Below are positions 61,620 through 64,000 of a stretch of 64,000 bases of DNA, in pieces. The notes below the pieces were generated by a model. It was not told the DNA's origin, did no database searches, and worked only from the letters and a program-made list of their open reading frames with translations. Made by a program: the position numbers and the translations under genes. Location: positions 68,262,001 to 68,326,000 of the forward strand of contig NC_135899.1 in the NCBI RefSeq assembly GCF_964194155.1. The letters are read 5' to 3'. Numbering within the stretch: the stretch's first letter is position 1; each line of letters opens with the position of its first letter. This DNA comes from Cetorhinus maximus (Eukaryota).

Positions 61620-64000
61620 GTAAATCTTGAATTTTTAAAAAAATAAATCTTCCCATCTGAACTAATGCTTAACTAGAAATGATAGGTGCAAAAATATTTT
61701 TCTTCAGAGTTGGTAAGTGATTATATTCTTGATTTAAATGTGTAGTTTACATTGGAAAGCAATTGGTAACACACCATGTTTGTGTGTCAATGAATGTGCC
61801 GTAGACACCCATTGATTTTTCATGTGGTGAGTTCCCAGTGAGGACATTGGAATTAGTGCAGGTTTCACTGCAATGGAATAACACTGTATAATCAACTTAG
61901 ACCACACTGTTTACATGCGACCAGTGCAATGTTGAAAGTGGCCTACAGGAAGGTTGCCTTCCTAACAAGGAGCAGTAATATTTTGCTATAATTCTTATCA
62001 AATTATAGAATACTACTTCCCATTAACCTTTTGACTAAGAGAATTTTCACCAAAAGTTGCCAAAATTTTGGTGTGTATTTTCCTTACGTTTTGGAAAAAT
62101 GGAAAGCTAAATTTTATCTCAAATTACTGTAAATGTATTGTTAATGATCTAACAAATAAAAATAGAATTGTACTATCCAGGCCAGAAATGTGCTCCTCCT
62201 GCCATATTGAAGATGCCATTTTCGACATGAGAAACTGAGGCAAATGCAGTTATGATGTGGTCTTGGTATTCGGTACCAAACTCTGGATGTATTCCATTAA
62301 ATCATCTCCAACCACTCAACATTGTAGTTTTTTTTTCATTTCCAATACATTTATTACTAATAAACTAAAGTGTTCAAAGAAAATGAAAAGAAAAAAACAA
62401 TGAAAAGAAAAAAAAAATCCCTATGGATTTTTCTTCCTGATTGCTTGTGATAAGGTAGAGACTCCAAGACAATCCTGGAGGGTTGGCAATCTTGTCTGAG
62501 CACATGGTACGTACATGCTAGCCTCACTGTTACATCTGCCACTTCACCTTTCATGGGTGTAGGATGAAGAGAGCAGGGTGATTTGGAATTGGACTGTTCT
62601 GCATTATCACTTTTTATATATCTAATTTTCTTGAATTTAATTTGAAACATGTAAAATGATACAGCAGTTTAAAATAAGACAGAATATTTTGCTTAGCACA
62701 TTCTCCATGTTACAATTATTCTTTAAACTTAATGACAAGCTGTGTTACACACCGAACGACCTTTGAAATGTTTTTAATTACACTAAGCATGCTTAAGTGT
62801 GAGAGTCTCTCAGAAGATATTAAACCTCGTAGTTAAAGCTAATTAAGTTTCATTATCTGATATCCTAATATATTTAGTTACTTCATGCTCCATGGTTGGA
62901 ATTTTGTTTATTAGGCTAAATTTGTCGTGACTTGCTAAATGAAGATTTCTCAGCTTGTAATGTGTTTGAATGATTTGTTTCTAAAGCTGCCTAAAACAGC
63001 ATTATATTATTTCAAATGCACAAAGAAATTCGTTTGAAATAAATAGCGTGTTATGGTACTTCTTTTATGGGAAGTGGAGCGGATGCTCTGCTAGACAAAG
63101 TAATATCTAGCAATTAGCTATGAGCGTAATTCACTTGATTTGTTTCAGTGATCTTAAAACAATACTGGAATGCTTTATGAATATCAGCAGAGCACCAAGA
63201 CTGAATTACAGTCTGAAAGGGGAATAGCAATGTAGGGTTTAGGAATGGATTTCAAACTTTCTTGGTTGAAGAACCATTTCCTCCCCCCCACCACCACCAC
63301 CCATCAAATTCATGAGCAATCACAGACCCTGCATCCATGGCTGACACTCTGGATATCGTGAATTATGTTATCATTTGACTGGTTTGTAAGAGATTGTAAT
63401 ATGTGCTGAAAAATTATATAAATTATTTAAAGTCGGCCTGTAAGCCATCAGGCAGTAAATGTCCTTACTGTTGTTGTAGTGAGCTGCAAATGATTCATAA
63501 CATTTGGCAAATTATCCATTTTGTCTGCCAATTATTGACGCTTTGAAATTACATTTTGCACTGCTCTTTAGAGCGTAACTTCAGAGCCGTCTGAATATAG
63601 TAAGGAAATAACACTGTTGAATAAATACTAAGGTAATCTGGGAGGAAAAAAATGTTTCCTGGCGAAAACAATTCTGTTAAACTTTTCAAGTTTGTATGAA
63701 AATATTCAGGATCGTTGAATTTCATTATTTAATCTCCATTGTGACATTGAGTAAAATTGTAAGAAGTTTTTCATTGTTGTACATTGTTTAGTTGCTATGT
63801 TGACTCTGAGTTTATCTAGCAAGTAGCAGAGACATAAAGAAATGGGTGGATGTCAGGTTCGATCCATAGTTTGTGCTGATTTAGCAGATCTTGCTTCGCT
63901 TGGCAGTCAGGGTGTTTCAGTTGGCCCGTTTCAGTTGGCCCCACCAGTCCTGGTTTGGAAAGATGAATATCAGCCAGTGTTCCTGTCCTTGCTGCCTGTC

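Overview
Vertebrate genomic DNA, most likely a shark or other cartilaginous fish (inferred from the repeat landscape: CR1, L2, Deu-type and tRNA-derived SINEs, Penelope-like elements). It holds three genes, reconstructed exon by exon from GT-AG sites and phase. CLSPN (claspin) is on the minus strand with coding exons 1-6, running off the left edge. NCDN (neurochondrin) is on the minus strand with a complete 726-aa CDS in 6 coding exons. KIAA0319L (AAVR) is on the plus strand with its first coding exons, head-to-head with NCDN across a CpG-rich promoter. The most unusual signal is a Penelope-like retroelement (PLE; RT + GIY-YIG) family whose 3' repeats carry minimal hammerhead-ribozyme motifs, mostly with a non-canonical CUGUUGA core. 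It occurs as a near-full copy, as fold-back composites, as tiny TSD-flanked ribozyme-only inserts and as short hairpins. Two of these insertions hit the same E2F/CHR site next to the CLSPN promoter, and one carries a perfect (AACCCTCCCCCC)n array. Gene identities rest on recalled protein similarity, and repeat boundaries are approximate.
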